From a virus: a stretch of 64,000 nucleotides of DNA. Positions 18,550 through 28,405 of the stretch are shown here, one piece after another. The DNA is taken from the IMG/VR virus record IMGVR_UViG_3300024265_000031. The stretch is one strand, 5' to 3'. Position numbers and translations under genes: made by a program. The notes below the pieces were generated by a model. That model was not told the DNA's origin and ran no database searches. It saw only the letters and a program-made list of their open reading frames with translations. Numbering within the stretch: position 1 is the first letter of the stretch; every line of letters begins with the position of its first letter.

Positions 18550-18714
18550 TTATTCTTCCTTTCTGGCAAATATAGTTTTTTTACATTTTGTGCATCTTAT
18601 TGTAATACTCATTAAAATTATTTCATTGCCATTAATCATACACGATCCGATTCTCCAATTATGTTTGCATAGCAATTGTTTTATCCAACTTAACATATTT
18701 TCTCCTAAATAAAA

Positions 18715-18936
18715 TCACTGTTTTATTTGACTGCTGTGCCCCTTCCAGTCAACTTGAAATTGAACATTTGCTAATTCTAGGATAGCAGTAATGATTGTTG
18801 CGGGCACACTTGCGTTGCATAATTTGTGTGGAGCCCAATCCATTGTTGGATCGACTTCATTCAATATATCACATGTCCACTTTATTTTTTCTTCCCATAT
18901 TTTACTCCAATGAATTGTGCCTTTATTTTTATCCAT
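18715..18936 (-). CDS. Hypothetical protein
   Basis: AAGGA RBS. Confidence 0.65.
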   Translation of the reverse strand: MDKNKGTIHWSKIWEEKIKWTCDILNEVDPTMDWAPHKLCNASVPATIITAILELANVQFQVDWKGHSSQIKQ

Positions 18937-18997
18937 TTATTGTTTCCTTTTCTTGGTGTACCAACTTTGTTGGTTAGCACACCAATAAATTTGGTTG

Positions 18998-20194
18998 TTA
19001 TCCTAAATTCATGGGCATGATAACCATTGATCGTGAGTTTTCTTCTGTTGATATTAGAATAGGGTGATTGTGTGTGTTAGCTTCAATGCATACTGTTTCT
19101 CCAACCTGAACAACTTCTTTTAGGAACTTGTATTGAAATGCAATACACCAATGTTTTACCGCATCAAGAGTTTCATCTGATTCCTTCACTCTTTTTTCAC
19201 TTGTCAATTTTACCAATACGTTTTCTAAATTGCTATTTGTAACATAGAAGCCAGTATCCACTTCGCCCATTTCTTCTGATGTTGCATTCATGTTGCATAT
19301 ATTTAAAGTATCTCCATAAAAACCCAACTTGACCACACCCGTTCCTTCTGCAGCAATAACACCAGCTTCTTCGCATGCTTCAGCAATTTCCTTGGATGAT
19401 GCATTGAATGAAAATGTGCTTTCTTTAGGGTAAATAGCCATATAGTCAGGGTAATTGCCATCAATTTCTGCCAATACTAATTCTCCACCCTGCCATGTGA
19501 ATTTGAGTTGTCCTGGCTTATGATACATTGCAATTACCCCAACAGCATGCTTGAGATTGATTGCGCTTGGGCTAATAATGGTTTTGAATTCAGGTATCAG
19601 TATGCTATGTGGGTTGGAATCAACTTTAGCAATCCTAAATCCATCCGTTGCAGCTAACGTAACAGAATCCGATTCCATATTGGTAGTCAGAAGAACGCCC
19701 ATTAATACAGGTCGCGCTTCATCAGTACTAGCAACAGACTGAACATACTTGTAATCATTAAGAAATACTTCATTGTCAAAACTGGCTATGAGATCGTCAA
19801 ATTCTCCCATAGGTGGAAATTCGTCTGAATGAAGACCCTTTAGTGTATAGGTTGCTTTTCCTGCCTGTAGAGTAAGGTTGTACTCTGTTCTAGTGTATGT
19901 ATCTTCTCCTTCTCCATGTTTAGTTGTTTTTTCTTTATACCCAAATTTAACATCTTTTGCCTTGACTTTGCCAATCAATTTTTTCAGATTCACATAATCA
20001 ACACACACAGAAAATTCTTGATCTGTGGGATTATCAATCCACAACTTGAAATATGCTTCAAGATTGCTGGTTGTCAACGTAGTTGATTCTGGCGACACTT
20101 CAATCAGAACATGTGCCAGAACTGGCAATGTTGCTCTTTTGGAAACCGTACCGTTCAATTTTGTTAAAGCTTTCTTTAGTTCTGCAGTTTTCAT
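18998..20194 (-). CDS. dnaN: DNA polymerase III beta sliding clamp
   Basis: TLPVLAHVLI, DEFP, ASTDEARPVLMGV, ATDGFRI, IDGNYPDY, VIMPM. Confidence 0.92.
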   Translation of the reverse strand: MKTAELKKALTKLNGTVSKRATLPVLAHVLIEVSPESTTLTTSNLEAYFKLWIDNPTDQEFSVCVDYVNLKKLIGKVKAKDVKFGYKEKTTKHGEGEDTYTRTEYNLTLQAGKATYTLKGLHSDEFPPMGEFDDLIASFDNEVFLNDYKYVQSVASTDEARPVLMGVLLTTNMESDSVTLAATDGFRIAKVDSNPHSILIPEFKTIISPSAINLKHAVGVIAMYHKPGQLKFTWQGGELVLAEIDGNYPDYMAIYPKESTFSFNASSKEIAEACEEAGVIAAEGTGVVKLGFYGDTLNICNMNATSEEMGEVDTGFYVTNSNLENVLVKLTSEKRVKESDETLDAVKHWCIAFQYKFLKEVVQVGETVCIEANTHNHPILISTEENSRSMVIMPMNLG

Positions 20195-20245
20195 TTGTTA
20201 TCTCCTAGTATAGTTTAAATAAAAGTGTTATTTTATCTTACCTTA

Positions 20246-20274
20246 ATTATAGCACATTTGACTGTGATTGTCAA
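20246..20274 (-). promoter_or_regulatory. sigma70-type promoter for dnaN
   Basis: TTGACA-17-TATAAT, TG extension. Confidence 0.85.
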
Positions 20275-20468
20275 GTCAATTTTGATTTCCATTTATAGGG
20301 AAATACTTTGGTTAGATAGTTCTTGTTATCTTTGAGATACCATTGATTCATAATAAAAATGGCTTCAAATGTTCCATCACTATGTTTCCAGCCACACAAG
20401 TATTTGCCTATTTTTTCAGGATAGACATCGCTTGCCCATTTCCATCCTTCCTCAATTGTTTCTGCCAT
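20271..20468 (-). CDS. Hypothetical protein
   Basis: W..ASDVYPEKIGKYLC pattern. Confidence 0.6.
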   Translation of the reverse strand: MAETIEEGWKWASDVYPEKIGKYLCGWKHSDGTFEAIFIMNQWYLKDNKNYLTKVFPYKWKSKLT

Positions 20469-20505
20469 ATTTTTATTCTCTTGTTATCCAGATAAAAGCA
20501 TGATT

Positions 20506-20868
20506 TTATTTGAGACAATCAATTTTATTGTAACATATTTTGATAAGTCTCGTTGCTTCACCCCATGTCAGTTTTCCAATAACTCTTATGGATGTGCTAT
20601 TTTCCAAATGTACAATAATTTTATATCCTACATTATAATTGAGTCCCCTATAATCATTGTCAACTATTATGCTTAGAATATCTTTCTTTTTCAAAATTGA
20701 ATTTCCTATTCTGATATAGACGGAGTCTTTGCAGTCTACAATATCTTCATCCCACTCTCGATTATGGATTATCTCTCCCTTGTCTTTCAAACATTGTTTC
20801 AAATCACTTATTTCTATTTTTAGTTGATGATTCTGCAATTGCATTCTTTCTTCTTCTTTACGATTCAT
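20506..20868 (-). CDS. Hypothetical protein
   Basis: Stop in palindrome arm. Confidence 0.7.
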   Translation of the reverse strand: MNRKEEERMQLQNHQLKIEISDLKQCLKDKGEIIHNREWDEDIVDCKDSVYIRIGNSILKKKDILSIIVDNDYRGLNYNVGYKIIVHLENSTSIRVIGKLTWGEATRLIKICYNKIDCLK

Positions 20869-20871
20869 TTA

Positions 20872-21108
20872 TTATTTCCTTGTATTCAACTCTTGTTCTA
20901 TCTGTGCTCCATATAATATATAGAAACGCGTCCATCCATTACAAATGGGTTTAGCTTGACTGTTATATACCCAACGATTAGGAGGGCTTTTCTTATAATA
21001 GCCATGCTTTTTACCGTACTCTTTAGCCAGCACAACTGCTTTGTGTTGTGATATTCCTATAGCCTTCAAGTATTCATATACAAATATTGCATCTATTTGT
21101 TTTGGCAT
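20872..21108 (-). CDS. Hypothetical protein
   Basis: Co-oriented, tightly packed. Confidence 0.65.
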   Translation of the reverse strand: MPKQIDAIFVYEYLKAIGISQHKAVVLAKEYGKKHGYYKKSPPNRWVYNSQAKPICNGWTRFYILYGAQIEQELNTRK

Positions 21109-21113
21109 TTTGT

Positions 21114-21389
21114 TTATTCTTCAATCTCTATATCTTTATTATGCAAACCATGACTTTTTAAAATTTCATGAACAACACGAAAAGATAGTGATTGTATCAT
21201 CCCAATTCTTACCTTTATTTTTCCCTCTCCAGCATAATATTTCTCATAAAAACCTATTTGAAAACCTGGATCAAACCCAGTTACTTTTATTGCGGACATT
21301 AAAGATTCTAATTTTTTAATATAGTCTTCATAGAAATCAATTCGTTCCATTTTTTCCATGTTTGGCATTTTTAATCTTATTGTTTCCAT
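21114..21389 (-). CDS. Hypothetical protein
   Basis: GGAG RBS after palindrome, start METIRL. Confidence 0.65.
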   Translation of the reverse strand: METIRLKMPNMEKMERIDFYEDYIKKLESLMSAIKVTGFDPGFQIGFYEKYYAGEGKIKVRIGMIQSLSFRVVHEILKSHGLHNKDIEIEE

Positions 21390-21418
21390 AATGTCTCCAG
21401 ATAAAACTGTTATTTTAT

Positions 21419-21730
21419 TCAAACTACAAAATTTAAAAATTTAGAATGAGCCTTTTTTGGTATTGCAATCCAATCATTGAAATATTTCGTGTATTCTTCA
21501 ATGGTATCATGCATTCCATTGTCCATGCCAGGATCATTTATAAAATAAACAATGCAAGTTGTTGGGCTAGTTTTGAGTGCTATTTCATCTTCTGTTATTT
21601 CAAATTTTCCTGAAATTACACCGTCTCCATCAGTGATAATATATCCATCATCAATAAGATTATTGAATGTTTCTGCAATTCTAACGGCATTATTCCATCT
21701 TGCTTCATATATGTTCATTTTAGTTTCCAT
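21419..21730 (-). CDS. Hypothetical protein
   Basis: Co-oriented, ends at palindrome. Confidence 0.68.
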   Translation of the reverse strand: METKMNIYEARWNNAVRIAETFNNLIDDGYIITDGDGVISGKFEITEDEIALKTSPTTCIVYFINDPGMDNGMHDTIEEYTKYFNDWIAIPKKAHSKFLNFVV

Positions 21731-22014
21731 ATTTCAATATATTTCTTGACATCTTCAGCTATTTTCCATGTCTCAATGTTTTCAAAGATATTTGGCCAGT
21801 CTTTCTTTTCCCAATCAAAAGGTTTGGGCATCATATAATTTTTATATTCAAAATATTGACTATCTATCATTCCATTTATTTTATGTTTTATATAGACAAT
21901 TAAATATTTATCAAAATCATTTTTGAAAATTATTGCAATTAGATTGTCTTTCATTTCATGATATAGCGATCTATTTATAGTTATTCCGCTTATATATTTT
22001 TCTAATGTATTCAT
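21715..22014 (-). CDS. Hypothetical protein
   Basis: Co-oriented, starts next to palindrome. Confidence 0.6.
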   Translation of the reverse strand: MNTLEKYISGITINRSLYHEMKDNLIAIIFKNDFDKYLIVYIKHKINGMIDSQYFEYKNYMMPKPFDWEKKDWPNIFENIETWKIAEDVKKYIEIWKLK

Positions 22015-22029
22015 AATGAAATACCCATT

Positions 22030-22245
22030 TTATTTAAGATTTCTAGTGGGGATGTCTACAACTAAAATGCTATGATCATACCATCCTTCTTTTCTTGGAT
22101 AAGTTGTTTCTGCCTTTTGATGTGTTTTAGAAAATGCAATATGTTCATTTTCAAACTCACCATATGTTACTACATGAACTACATCTACATCATACTCTCC
22201 CCACTCTTTACTTCTTTTTACAATATATGATATTGCGAATAACAT
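22030..22245 (-). CDS. Hypothetical protein
   Basis: AAGGAG RBS; stop in palindrome arm. Confidence 0.68.
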   Translation of the reverse strand: MLFAISYIVKRSKEWGEYDVDVVHVVTYGEFENEHIAFSKTHQKAETTYPRKEGWYDHSILVVDIPTRNLK

Positions 22246-22257
22246 AATTTTCTCCTT

Positions 22258-22440
22258 TTATCCAACATGATCTAGCATATAGCCAGTCCATTCATAATTC
22301 AATATGCATCGTTGGCCAAATACAAGCAGAGGAATATTGACAATTCCACAAAAAACATTCAATAAACACTCTACGAAATACATCCATAGCGGAATGGTTT
22401 TCGCCACTCCTGAAAACACCTTTAGGTCTGTTATTTTCAT
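22258..22440 (-). CDS. Small membrane-associated protein (paralog of ORF ending at 23553)
   Basis: P.WM...FCGI.N..LL.F shared pattern. Confidence 0.62.
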   Translation of the reverse strand: MKITDLKVFSGVAKTIPLWMYFVECLLNVFCGIVNIPLLVFGQRCILNYEWTGYMLDHVG

Positions 22441-22441
22441 A

Positions 22442-22717
22442 TTATTTGTTTTCCTTTTCTAAAGTCTTTTCTGCTTCATCAATATCAAACTCGTCAATAT
22501 ATTTTACCACATCCCAAAAATTATATCTTGGGTCAGGGGTAAGACTATAGGATCCAATTCTTTCAGTCCAAATATGTCCAAGTTTAGAGAAAAATCTTAT
22601 AAATATTTTATGATCGCACCATATTGTTATGGTGCTATCGAGATCAATTACGCTTTTGTCCTCATAATTATAAATCTTGTATTCTAATTTACTTATCATT
22701 TTTGGTGGTTTATTCAT
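22442..22717 (-). CDS. Hypothetical protein
   Basis: AAGGAGG RBS. Confidence 0.7.
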   Translation of the reverse strand: MNKPPKMISKLEYKIYNYEDKSVIDLDSTITIWCDHKIFIRFFSKLGHIWTERIGSYSLTPDPRYNFWDVVKYIDEFDIDEAEKTLEKENK

Positions 22718-22748
22718 TGTGCCTCCTTCAATGAAATGTACGTTTTAT

Positions 22749-23012
22749 CTATCCCATAATGCTTTTAATATCATCAGGACTCAAGCCAGCCATTAACAAT
22801 GTTGCCAAATTTTCATTACGCTCTCGTTCTTGATTGCCAGCCATTATTAGTAATCCCGCGACTACATCATCTTTTTTGGCATGGTTAGACTGTTTCATTT
22901 CCCTTGCCATAGCACCCATTAATATGACCATAGCATTAGGATTGTTTGGGTCATCCCACCTACATCCAGCTTCACGTTCTGCTCTTTCAATTAAATTAGT
23001 TGCATTATTCAT
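22749..23012 (-). CDS. Hypothetical protein
   Basis: AAGGAG RBS. Confidence 0.72.
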   Translation of the reverse strand: MNNATNLIERAEREAGCRWDDPNNPNAMVILMGAMAREMKQSNHAKKDDVVAGLLIMAGNQERERNENLATLLMAGLSPDDIKSIMG

Positions 23013-23023
23013 TGTATTTCTCC

Positions 23024-23224
23024 TTATTCAATTGGATCTAAATCTCTTTGTACCATTTCCCATTGTGAATTAGCAACTAAAGCATTGGGTAGATCAAGCT
23101 GGTGTTCAAATCCAGGCGTGCATTTAATCAACATCCATTCTCTATCTTCTTCGCTCATTTCGTTCCATTTCTTTTTGCTGATCTCAACTATTACTGTTGC
23201 TTTTGCTAAAATAATTGTGTCCAT
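23024..23224 (-). CDS. Hypothetical protein
   Basis: AAGGAG RBS after promoter. Confidence 0.68.
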   Translation of the reverse strand: MDTIILAKATVIVEISKKKWNEMSEEDREWMLIKCTPGFEHQLDLPNALVANSQWEMVQRDLDPIE

Positions 23225-23248
23225 TGATTCTCCTTGTATCTTATTATA

Positions 23249-23277
23249 AGTATATCAGATTACATATGTTATGTCAA
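23249..23277 (-). promoter_or_regulatory. sigma70-type promoter
   Basis: TTGACA-17-TATACT; -35 abuts palindrome at 23279. Confidence 0.8.
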
Positions 23278-23292
23278 GATAAAATGACGATT

Positions 23293-23556
23293 TTATTGAA
23301 TCTCATCAACCCTTTTTATTGTCTTGCAATTTTTTGCAATCATAAAACTTTTAATATAAACGCTGCCATTATCTGGTTGAGAAGAATTAGACCTAAGTGA
23401 ATTGTTATCAATACCTAGAGGAATTGCATTGCCAGAATATATTGCATTTATACCATCTTGAAGATATTTTCCACTTATTGCTTCGCATTCACAATGTCTG
23501 GTTTTCATTCTTAGACCAAAAATATCTTTGCACCTTCTACAATATAATAATTTCAT
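23293..23556 (-). CDS. Small zinc-binding phage protein
   Basis: MKLLYCRRCKDIF...CEC...SGKY. Confidence 0.72.
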   Translation of the reverse strand: MKLLYCRRCKDIFGLRMKTRHCECEAISGKYLQDGINAIYSGNAIPLGIDNNSLRSNSSQPDNGSVYIKSFMIAKNCKTIKRVDEIQ

Positions 23557-23792
23557 TTTACAACTCTAATTCCCTTTGAGAGTGTTCTTATCATTTTTCC
23601 AAACCACCATAGTTGCATAAATCCCAATTTTCTGTTGAATGGCAATAAGAACAAATTTGTAATGCCACAAAAAATGTCAATTAAATTACCAATGGCTTGC
23701 ATCCATTTTGGAACTTCATTCAATCTTGTTATTTTAAGAGGGTAGGGGATCATATTATTCTCCAAATAAAATAGTTGTTTTATCTGTGCCAA
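23553..23792 (-). CDS. Small hypothetical protein (true start probably MIPYP near 23753)
   Basis: GGAG RBS after palindrome; paralog of 22258-22440. Confidence 0.6.
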   Translation of the reverse strand: MAQIKQLFYLENNMIPYPLKITRLNEVPKWMQAIGNLIDIFCGITNLFLLPFNRKLGFMQLWWFGKMIRTLSKGIRVVK

Positions 23793-24102
23793 TCAGATCA
23801 GTTACACTTATTGTATCTGTTGGTATTTTGTTTTCAACATATTTCAGCATTTCTTCTGTTATTTCAAATTCCAACACTGGTACTTCATAAATTTCAATTA
23901 TACTACCAGGATATTGTTTATTTAATATCTTCAATACCATTCTGATATCTCGCACTGAACCTTTTCTTAAATGTTCTTTTGCTGTTGATGGTGTTAAAAA
24001 CATATGGTGTTCAAAAATAAGCGGATTACTAAATCCTTCTAAGCCTTTACGTCTAATAATTGTTACTGTCCTAGTTGCATTATGTTTTTCTCTATAGTTC
24101 AT
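23755..24102 (-). CDS. Hypothetical protein
   Basis: Co-oriented; reads through palindrome to stop. Confidence 0.65.
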   Translation of the reverse strand: MNYREKHNATRTVTIIRRKGLEGFSNPLIFEHHMFLTPSTAKEHLRKGSVRDIRMVLKILNKQYPGSIIEIYEVPVLEFEITEEMLKYVENKIPTDTISVTDLIGTDKTTILFGE

Positions 24103-24160
24103 AGTATTATGTATATATTCTTATATACTTCTCCTTTACGTATATCGAAATATGGGAAAA

Positions 24161-24382
24161 TTATACACATGGAATTTCTGGCAATATGGCAGATATCCAT
24201 AAACCACTATTTTTGCTTTTGTTATGTGGATAGAAAAAATGTCCTTCTCTTACAAATGATATCTCATTATTCCCTTGCCACCCACGTACTAAACACAGAG
24301 ATGGCTTTTCTCCAGCGTATTCTTGTCCATACCACCAATAAATTCCTGGTTTAGTAGGTATTTTTTTTGACCATGTATTCAT
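24161..24382 (-). CDS. Hypothetical protein
   Basis: AGGAG RBS; WS..PT.PG.YWW pattern. Confidence 0.7.
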   Translation of the reverse strand: MNTWSKKIPTKPGIYWWYGQEYAGEKPSLCLVRGWQGNNEISFVREGHFFYPHNKSKNSGLWISAILPEIPCV

Positions 24383-24406
24383 ATTTCTCCTAGATAAAAC
24401 AATTTT

Positions 24407-24598
24407 TTACCTAATATTTTCTAATTCTAACAGCCTGTTATTTATCCAACGTCTTCTTTTTGGCGAACAAGCATACCTTTCTGACTCTAAAGATTTTTTT
24501 TCTCCCTTTAATGATTCATGTAACAAAAAATTGAATGCCAACGGATAATTTTTTAGAAATTTTTGCCAAGCATTATAAGACACGTATTTTATTTGCAT
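24407..24598 (-). CDS. Hypothetical protein
   Basis: AAGGA RBS; flanked by sites. Confidence 0.6.
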   Translation of the reverse strand: MQIKYVSYNAWQKFLKNYPLAFNFLLHESLKGEKKSLESERYACSPKRRRWINNRLLELENIR

Positions 24599-24628
24599 TT
24601 ATATATCCTTCCAGATAAAATCAATCTT

Positions 24629-24814
24629 TTATTTAACATACATTAAATCTATAGCTACAGATAAATCAAAAGTTTCTTCAAACCAACGCCAAATATCTTC
24701 TCTGGGTGTTCCTGGCTCAAACTCCAAAACCCACTCTTCGATTTTTTCATCATCGTTAATTGGAATATCGCCCAATAATTGCCAAAGTTCTTTTGCTTCC
24801 TCTAATTTATTCAT
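24629..24814 (-). CDS. Small conserved phage protein
   Basis: LW..LGDIP...IEE..L.F..GT.REDIW.WFEE pattern; flanked by sites. Confidence 0.75.
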   Translation of the reverse strand: MNKLEEAKELWQLLGDIPINDDEKIEEWVLEFEPGTPREDIWRWFEETFDLSVAIDLMYVK

Positions 24815-24842
24815 GTTGTTCTCCTAAGATAAAATGGATCTT

Positions 24843-25112
24843 TTATTTGGGATACATTTCCATTGCGTGAATTTGAATACATGAAGTGCCTTTTTTTACA
24901 TGTTCCATAACACCATCAATTTGACCCCTTTCATACAAATATTCTTCTGCAACTGCATGATTAATTTGTTTGATTTGACATCCAGTTCTTGAACAATCAA
25001 TTATAAATACTGGCAAACCTTCTCCATGTTTTTTAATAAGGTGATTGACAACGCTTTTTAATTCACCTAAAGTCATTGTTATGTCTTCAACTTTCATGTT
25101 GTTCTCCTTCAA
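24843..25112 (-). CDS. Hypothetical protein
   Basis: AAGGAG RBS before MKVED; flanked by sites. Confidence 0.68.
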   Translation of the reverse strand: MKENNMKVEDITMTLGELKSVVNHLIKKHGEGLPVFIIDCSRTGCQIKQINHAVAEEYLYERGQIDGVMEHVKKGTSCIQIHAMEMYPK

Positions 25113-25126
25113 ATGAAATAAACCTT

Positions 25127-25417
25127 TTATTCAGTATATCCAAAATCTTGAACATATCCAAAAAACATATCACGCGGATCTCCTGCTCGTTCAATTTTTG
25201 AAATAAGAAATCTTGCTGTTTTTCCACTTTCCATTTTTGCTCTTAACTCATCACCAATGCTAGGGATGGGTGTCATATGTCCTGTTATGCGTCTTGAGTT
25301 CCAATCAGAAAAATATATTGAGTTTCCCCAACCGCTATGGTTACTCATATTTATAATTGTTCCAGTTAGTGGTGGTCGTCTAACTTTCTTTTTGAAAATT
25401 TTATTAAGTAATTTCAT
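25127..25417 (-). CDS. Hypothetical protein
   Basis: AAGGAG RBS before MKLLNK; flanked by sites with near-identical cores TAAACC/TAGACC. Confidence 0.72.
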   Translation of the reverse strand: MKLLNKIFKKKVRRPPLTGTIINMSNHSGWGNSIYFSDWNSRRITGHMTPIPSIGDELRAKMESGKTARFLISKIERAGDPRDMFFGYVQDFGYTE

Positions 25418-25627
25418 TTTTATCTCCTTCAGATAAAATAGACCTTTTATTTCCAGCGATATTCTACTGACTGGCAACTAATCCATAGCGGAATAATTCC
25501 CAATAGAAAATATCCGTGCCATTTGCGTTCTACAAAATTGCCAAACGACTTTATTTTTGTCTTTCTTTCTGTTATCCATATATTTTTTATAATCATAGTA
25601 TTTTTCTCAATAAAACAGACATTTCAT

Positions 25628-25846
25628 TTAAAAATTCTTTAAATTTTTATATGTTTCTTTTACATATCCATAACTACTCATAACATTTTCCATAGCCACA
25701 TAATGCAAAGTGCTTATGGGAATGTCTTGGTCAGTATCTAATGCTCCACAATATAAAAGTTTCTTAACTTCATTGGCAAATTTTTCTGTTATTTGTGCTA
25801 AAAATCTTTCCATGTGTATTGAGTCTAGGTATTCTTTTCTGTTCAT
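25628..25846 (-). CDS. Hypothetical protein
   Basis: AAGGA RBS. Confidence 0.65.
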   Translation of the reverse strand: MNRKEYLDSIHMERFLAQITEKFANEVKKLLYCGALDTDQDIPISTLHYVAMENVMSSYGYVKETYKNLKNF

Positions 25847-25866
25847 ATGTATTTTCCTTGTTTGAT

Positions 25867-25899
25867 TTTATGTGGAGGGATTTGCACCCTCCACACAAA
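25867..25899 (-). ncRNA. 13-bp hairpin capped by T-loop-like TGCAAAT (tRNA minihelix-like) or terminator
   Basis: TTTGTGTGGAGGG-TGCAAAT-CCCTCCACATAAA right after the 25906 stop; no U-tract follows. Confidence 0.45.
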
Positions 25900-25905
25900 C
25901 TAAAA

Positions 25906-26295
25906 TTATCCTAGCCTGTCAAGCATTTCTTCCAATTCCTCCATTGTCTTACCTTCCAACGCAGCATCTTGCTTTGATGCCATGATTGCCATAATTTTTT
26001 GCTTTTGTTCTCGTCTTTCTTTTGCTAGAAGGCGTGTTGCTGTTTCCTCCTGTTTTACTGTTACAACATGCTTGACAACCTCAATTCTGAGTGCCAATTC
26101 CCTATCTTCTTTTGTCTGCTTATCAAGCAAGCTTTCCTCATTGGCGCGTCTCAGTTGGGAATTAAGAGACTTGAAAATTCCATCCAAATTTTCAACGGAC
26201 AAATCCCACAAATCTTCCGTTGAGATTGATCCCAAGTAAGGAAATCGTGCTTTTGATCGTGTTGCTACTTCAAATATATTCTGTTTTTTTGCCAT
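25906..26295 (-). CDS. Conserved phage coiled-coil protein (partner of 680-aa protein)
   Basis: IFEVATRSKARF...STEDLWDL pattern; AAGGAG RBS. Confidence 0.85.
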   Translation of the reverse strand: MAKKQNIFEVATRSKARFPYLGSISTEDLWDLSVENLDGIFKSLNSQLRRANEESLLDKQTKEDRELALRIEVVKHVVTVKQEETATRLLAKERREQKQKIMAIMASKQDAALEGKTMEELEEMLDRLG

Positions 26296-26310
26296 TTTTT
26301 GTATTCTCCT

Positions 26311-28353
26311 TTAGAATCGTACTTTGATTACTCTTTCTGATTGACCCTTTACTTTGACTACTAGTTCATTTCTTCTGGTTGACGAAAATCCAACACCAGA
26401 TAACTGATCGTTAACATCTTTTACTGCCATTCTTCCGCCTAATGCTTCAAATACTCTCTTATGTCTTAATAAATCCTCCTTTAAGAATTCATTGTAGAAC
26501 CCGTTTGGATTTTCTGTATTGACACAATCTTTTAACATGAACAGGTAGTGCCTGTTGCCAATTCCACTCTGCTCATCCCAATAGTTAGGTGAGAACATTA
26601 CTACAGATACAGGAATAAACTGATTTGTTTTCAATCCCCATGCTTCTCTGGAAGATACATTTGAAGGTAGTTTTTCCTTGATTGTAAAACCTTCCTCATT
26701 TAATGTAACTTCTGCTACTTGAACCCTTTCATTTTGTCTTAGTTCTTCACCATAGTCAAATGAGAATATTTGTCCGTCATATTCTATTTCTGCTCTAAAA
26801 CCCTCTCTTCCGCCGCGATTAGCAAACTGAAGAACAAAAAATTTATAAACACCTGATTCCATTTGATCTTTGTTGATCCAAGTGATGTTTTCAACCGCAA
26901 CAGTATTTGGTTTTGGACGTTGTATGTCAACATCAAGTCTTCCGCTTGTTGATAAATTTCTTAGATTTCTAAAGAAAATTTCATTTCCTCCAGGTTCAAT
27001 ACAGTGTGCATCTAAATCATTTTTATCATGATCTCCTGCGTCATTCCATTGAATTGAAAACCTGAGAATACCTTCAACATTGCCACCAGCAGATTTTACT
27101 CTTTTTTTCATAGAACTGTCTGTTATGTTGCCAGAATAAGCCCAACTGAATGCATTATTCCATTTAAACATTGTTGGAGAATCGCCATTTTCTGGAGCGA
27201 TCAAAGATACAAGATTTGGCGAATGCTTATTCTCAAAGAAAACTTCAATTTCTTGTGCCGTAGGAAGTACACCAGAAACAAAATCCTCTATAGAAACTTC
27301 CTCAATTTTTGAAAACTTTTTTGGGTTGATGGAGACATCTACAATCATTTCTTCAAAAACATCTTCGCCACTGATTCTTCTAGATGCATCTCTATTTGAA
27401 AACAGTATATTGTTAACGGTAATGTTATCAAGCTTTGCATAACGCCTGTTTAAAGACTTTAAATATCCAAGTTCTTCAACTGTCTTTTTGGCTTCTTCTA
27501 ACATCTTCTTGGTGAAAATAGCCTTTGGCCGTTTGTAGTTTGATGGTGCTACAATAACTTCATACTTCTTTACCGCAACATCTAAATCCATATCTTCACT
27601 AACATTGATAAGCAGAGTACCAATACTATGATTTCTAATCCTTCCAATTGCCATGCCAGCTTTAACAGACTGTTCCCAAGCATAGTTTTCTTCTTGTTCT
27701 TGGGTTTGCAACTTGTCATAGGATTTTTTCAATTTTAAGAATTGTGTTAATACGCCTTTCCACTCTTCTCCCTTGTATAAAGAGTTTTGAGCAATCAGTT
27801 CCAGGATGGTTTCAATGCTATCTCTTGTAATCTCGTCCAACGACCTCTTGAACACATTCTTTGTGGCTTCGTATGATCCTCTAATATCCCCCAATGTTCG
27901 TCCTGTATTATTGACAAATTTGTCTGGTAAATCCAAAAAGAAATGATGCCATTCAATAATCTTTCCATCATCATCCTCAAAGTTCTTGTCTGTTCCCATC
28001 TTTTTTACTTTGCTGAGATGGATGCCAGCAATAATTTTAGATTTTATATATGTGTTCAATGCATCAATAACAGGCTGATATCTTGAGTTGTTGGTATCAA
28101 AATCCCAAATTGTCTTTACTTGGTTGTTATGAATGGCAACTACACCACCCATAGTCTTAATGAAGTGTCTACAACAAGAGCAATCATGATCTCTCCTCTC
28201 TCTGTAGACTTCATTTGTACCTGGAGCAAAGCTATCTAGATAAAGATTCCACATCTCATCTTTATCTAACTCAACTTCAAATAGATGGGTTGAATTTTTT
28301 GTTGTTTGTTCGAAATTCTTTTGAAATAAATTTTTGAATTCTTTAAATTCCAT
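26311..28353 (-). CDS. Large conserved phage protein, C-terminal YfaP/DUF2135-like domain
   Basis: HDCSCCRHF, APSNYKRP, DLDAHC...RLDVD...AVENITW motifs. Confidence 0.85.
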   Translation of the reverse strand: MEFKEFKNLFQKNFEQTTKNSTHLFEVELDKDEMWNLYLDSFAPGTNEVYRERRDHDCSCCRHFIKTMGGVVAIHNNQVKTIWDFDTNNSRYQPVIDALNTYIKSKIIAGIHLSKVKKMGTDKNFEDDDGKIIEWHHFFLDLPDKFVNNTGRTLGDIRGSYEATKNVFKRSLDEITRDSIETILELIAQNSLYKGEEWKGVLTQFLKLKKSYDKLQTQEQEENYAWEQSVKAGMAIGRIRNHSIGTLLINVSEDMDLDVAVKKYEVIVAPSNYKRPKAIFTKKMLEEAKKTVEELGYLKSLNRRYAKLDNITVNNILFSNRDASRRISGEDVFEEMIVDVSINPKKFSKIEEVSIEDFVSGVLPTAQEIEVFFENKHSPNLVSLIAPENGDSPTMFKWNNAFSWAYSGNITDSSMKKRVKSAGGNVEGILRFSIQWNDAGDHDKNDLDAHCIEPGGNEIFFRNLRNLSTSGRLDVDIQRPKPNTVAVENITWINKDQMESGVYKFFVLQFANRGGREGFRAEIEYDGQIFSFDYGEELRQNERVQVAEVTLNEEGFTIKEKLPSNVSSREAWGLKTNQFIPVSVVMFSPNYWDEQSGIGNRHYLFMLKDCVNTENPNGFYNEFLKEDLLRHKRVFEALGGRMAVKDVNDQLSGVGFSSTRRNELVVKVKGQSERVIKVRF

Positions 28354-28373
28354 TTGTTTCTCCTTGTTTTATA

Positions 28374-28402
28374 ATTGTATCAGATTTGATTTGTTATGTC
28401 AA
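28374..28402 (-). promoter_or_regulatory. sigma70-type promoter
   Basis: TTGACA-17-TACAAT, TG extension. Confidence 0.8.
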
Positions 28403-28405
28403 GTT

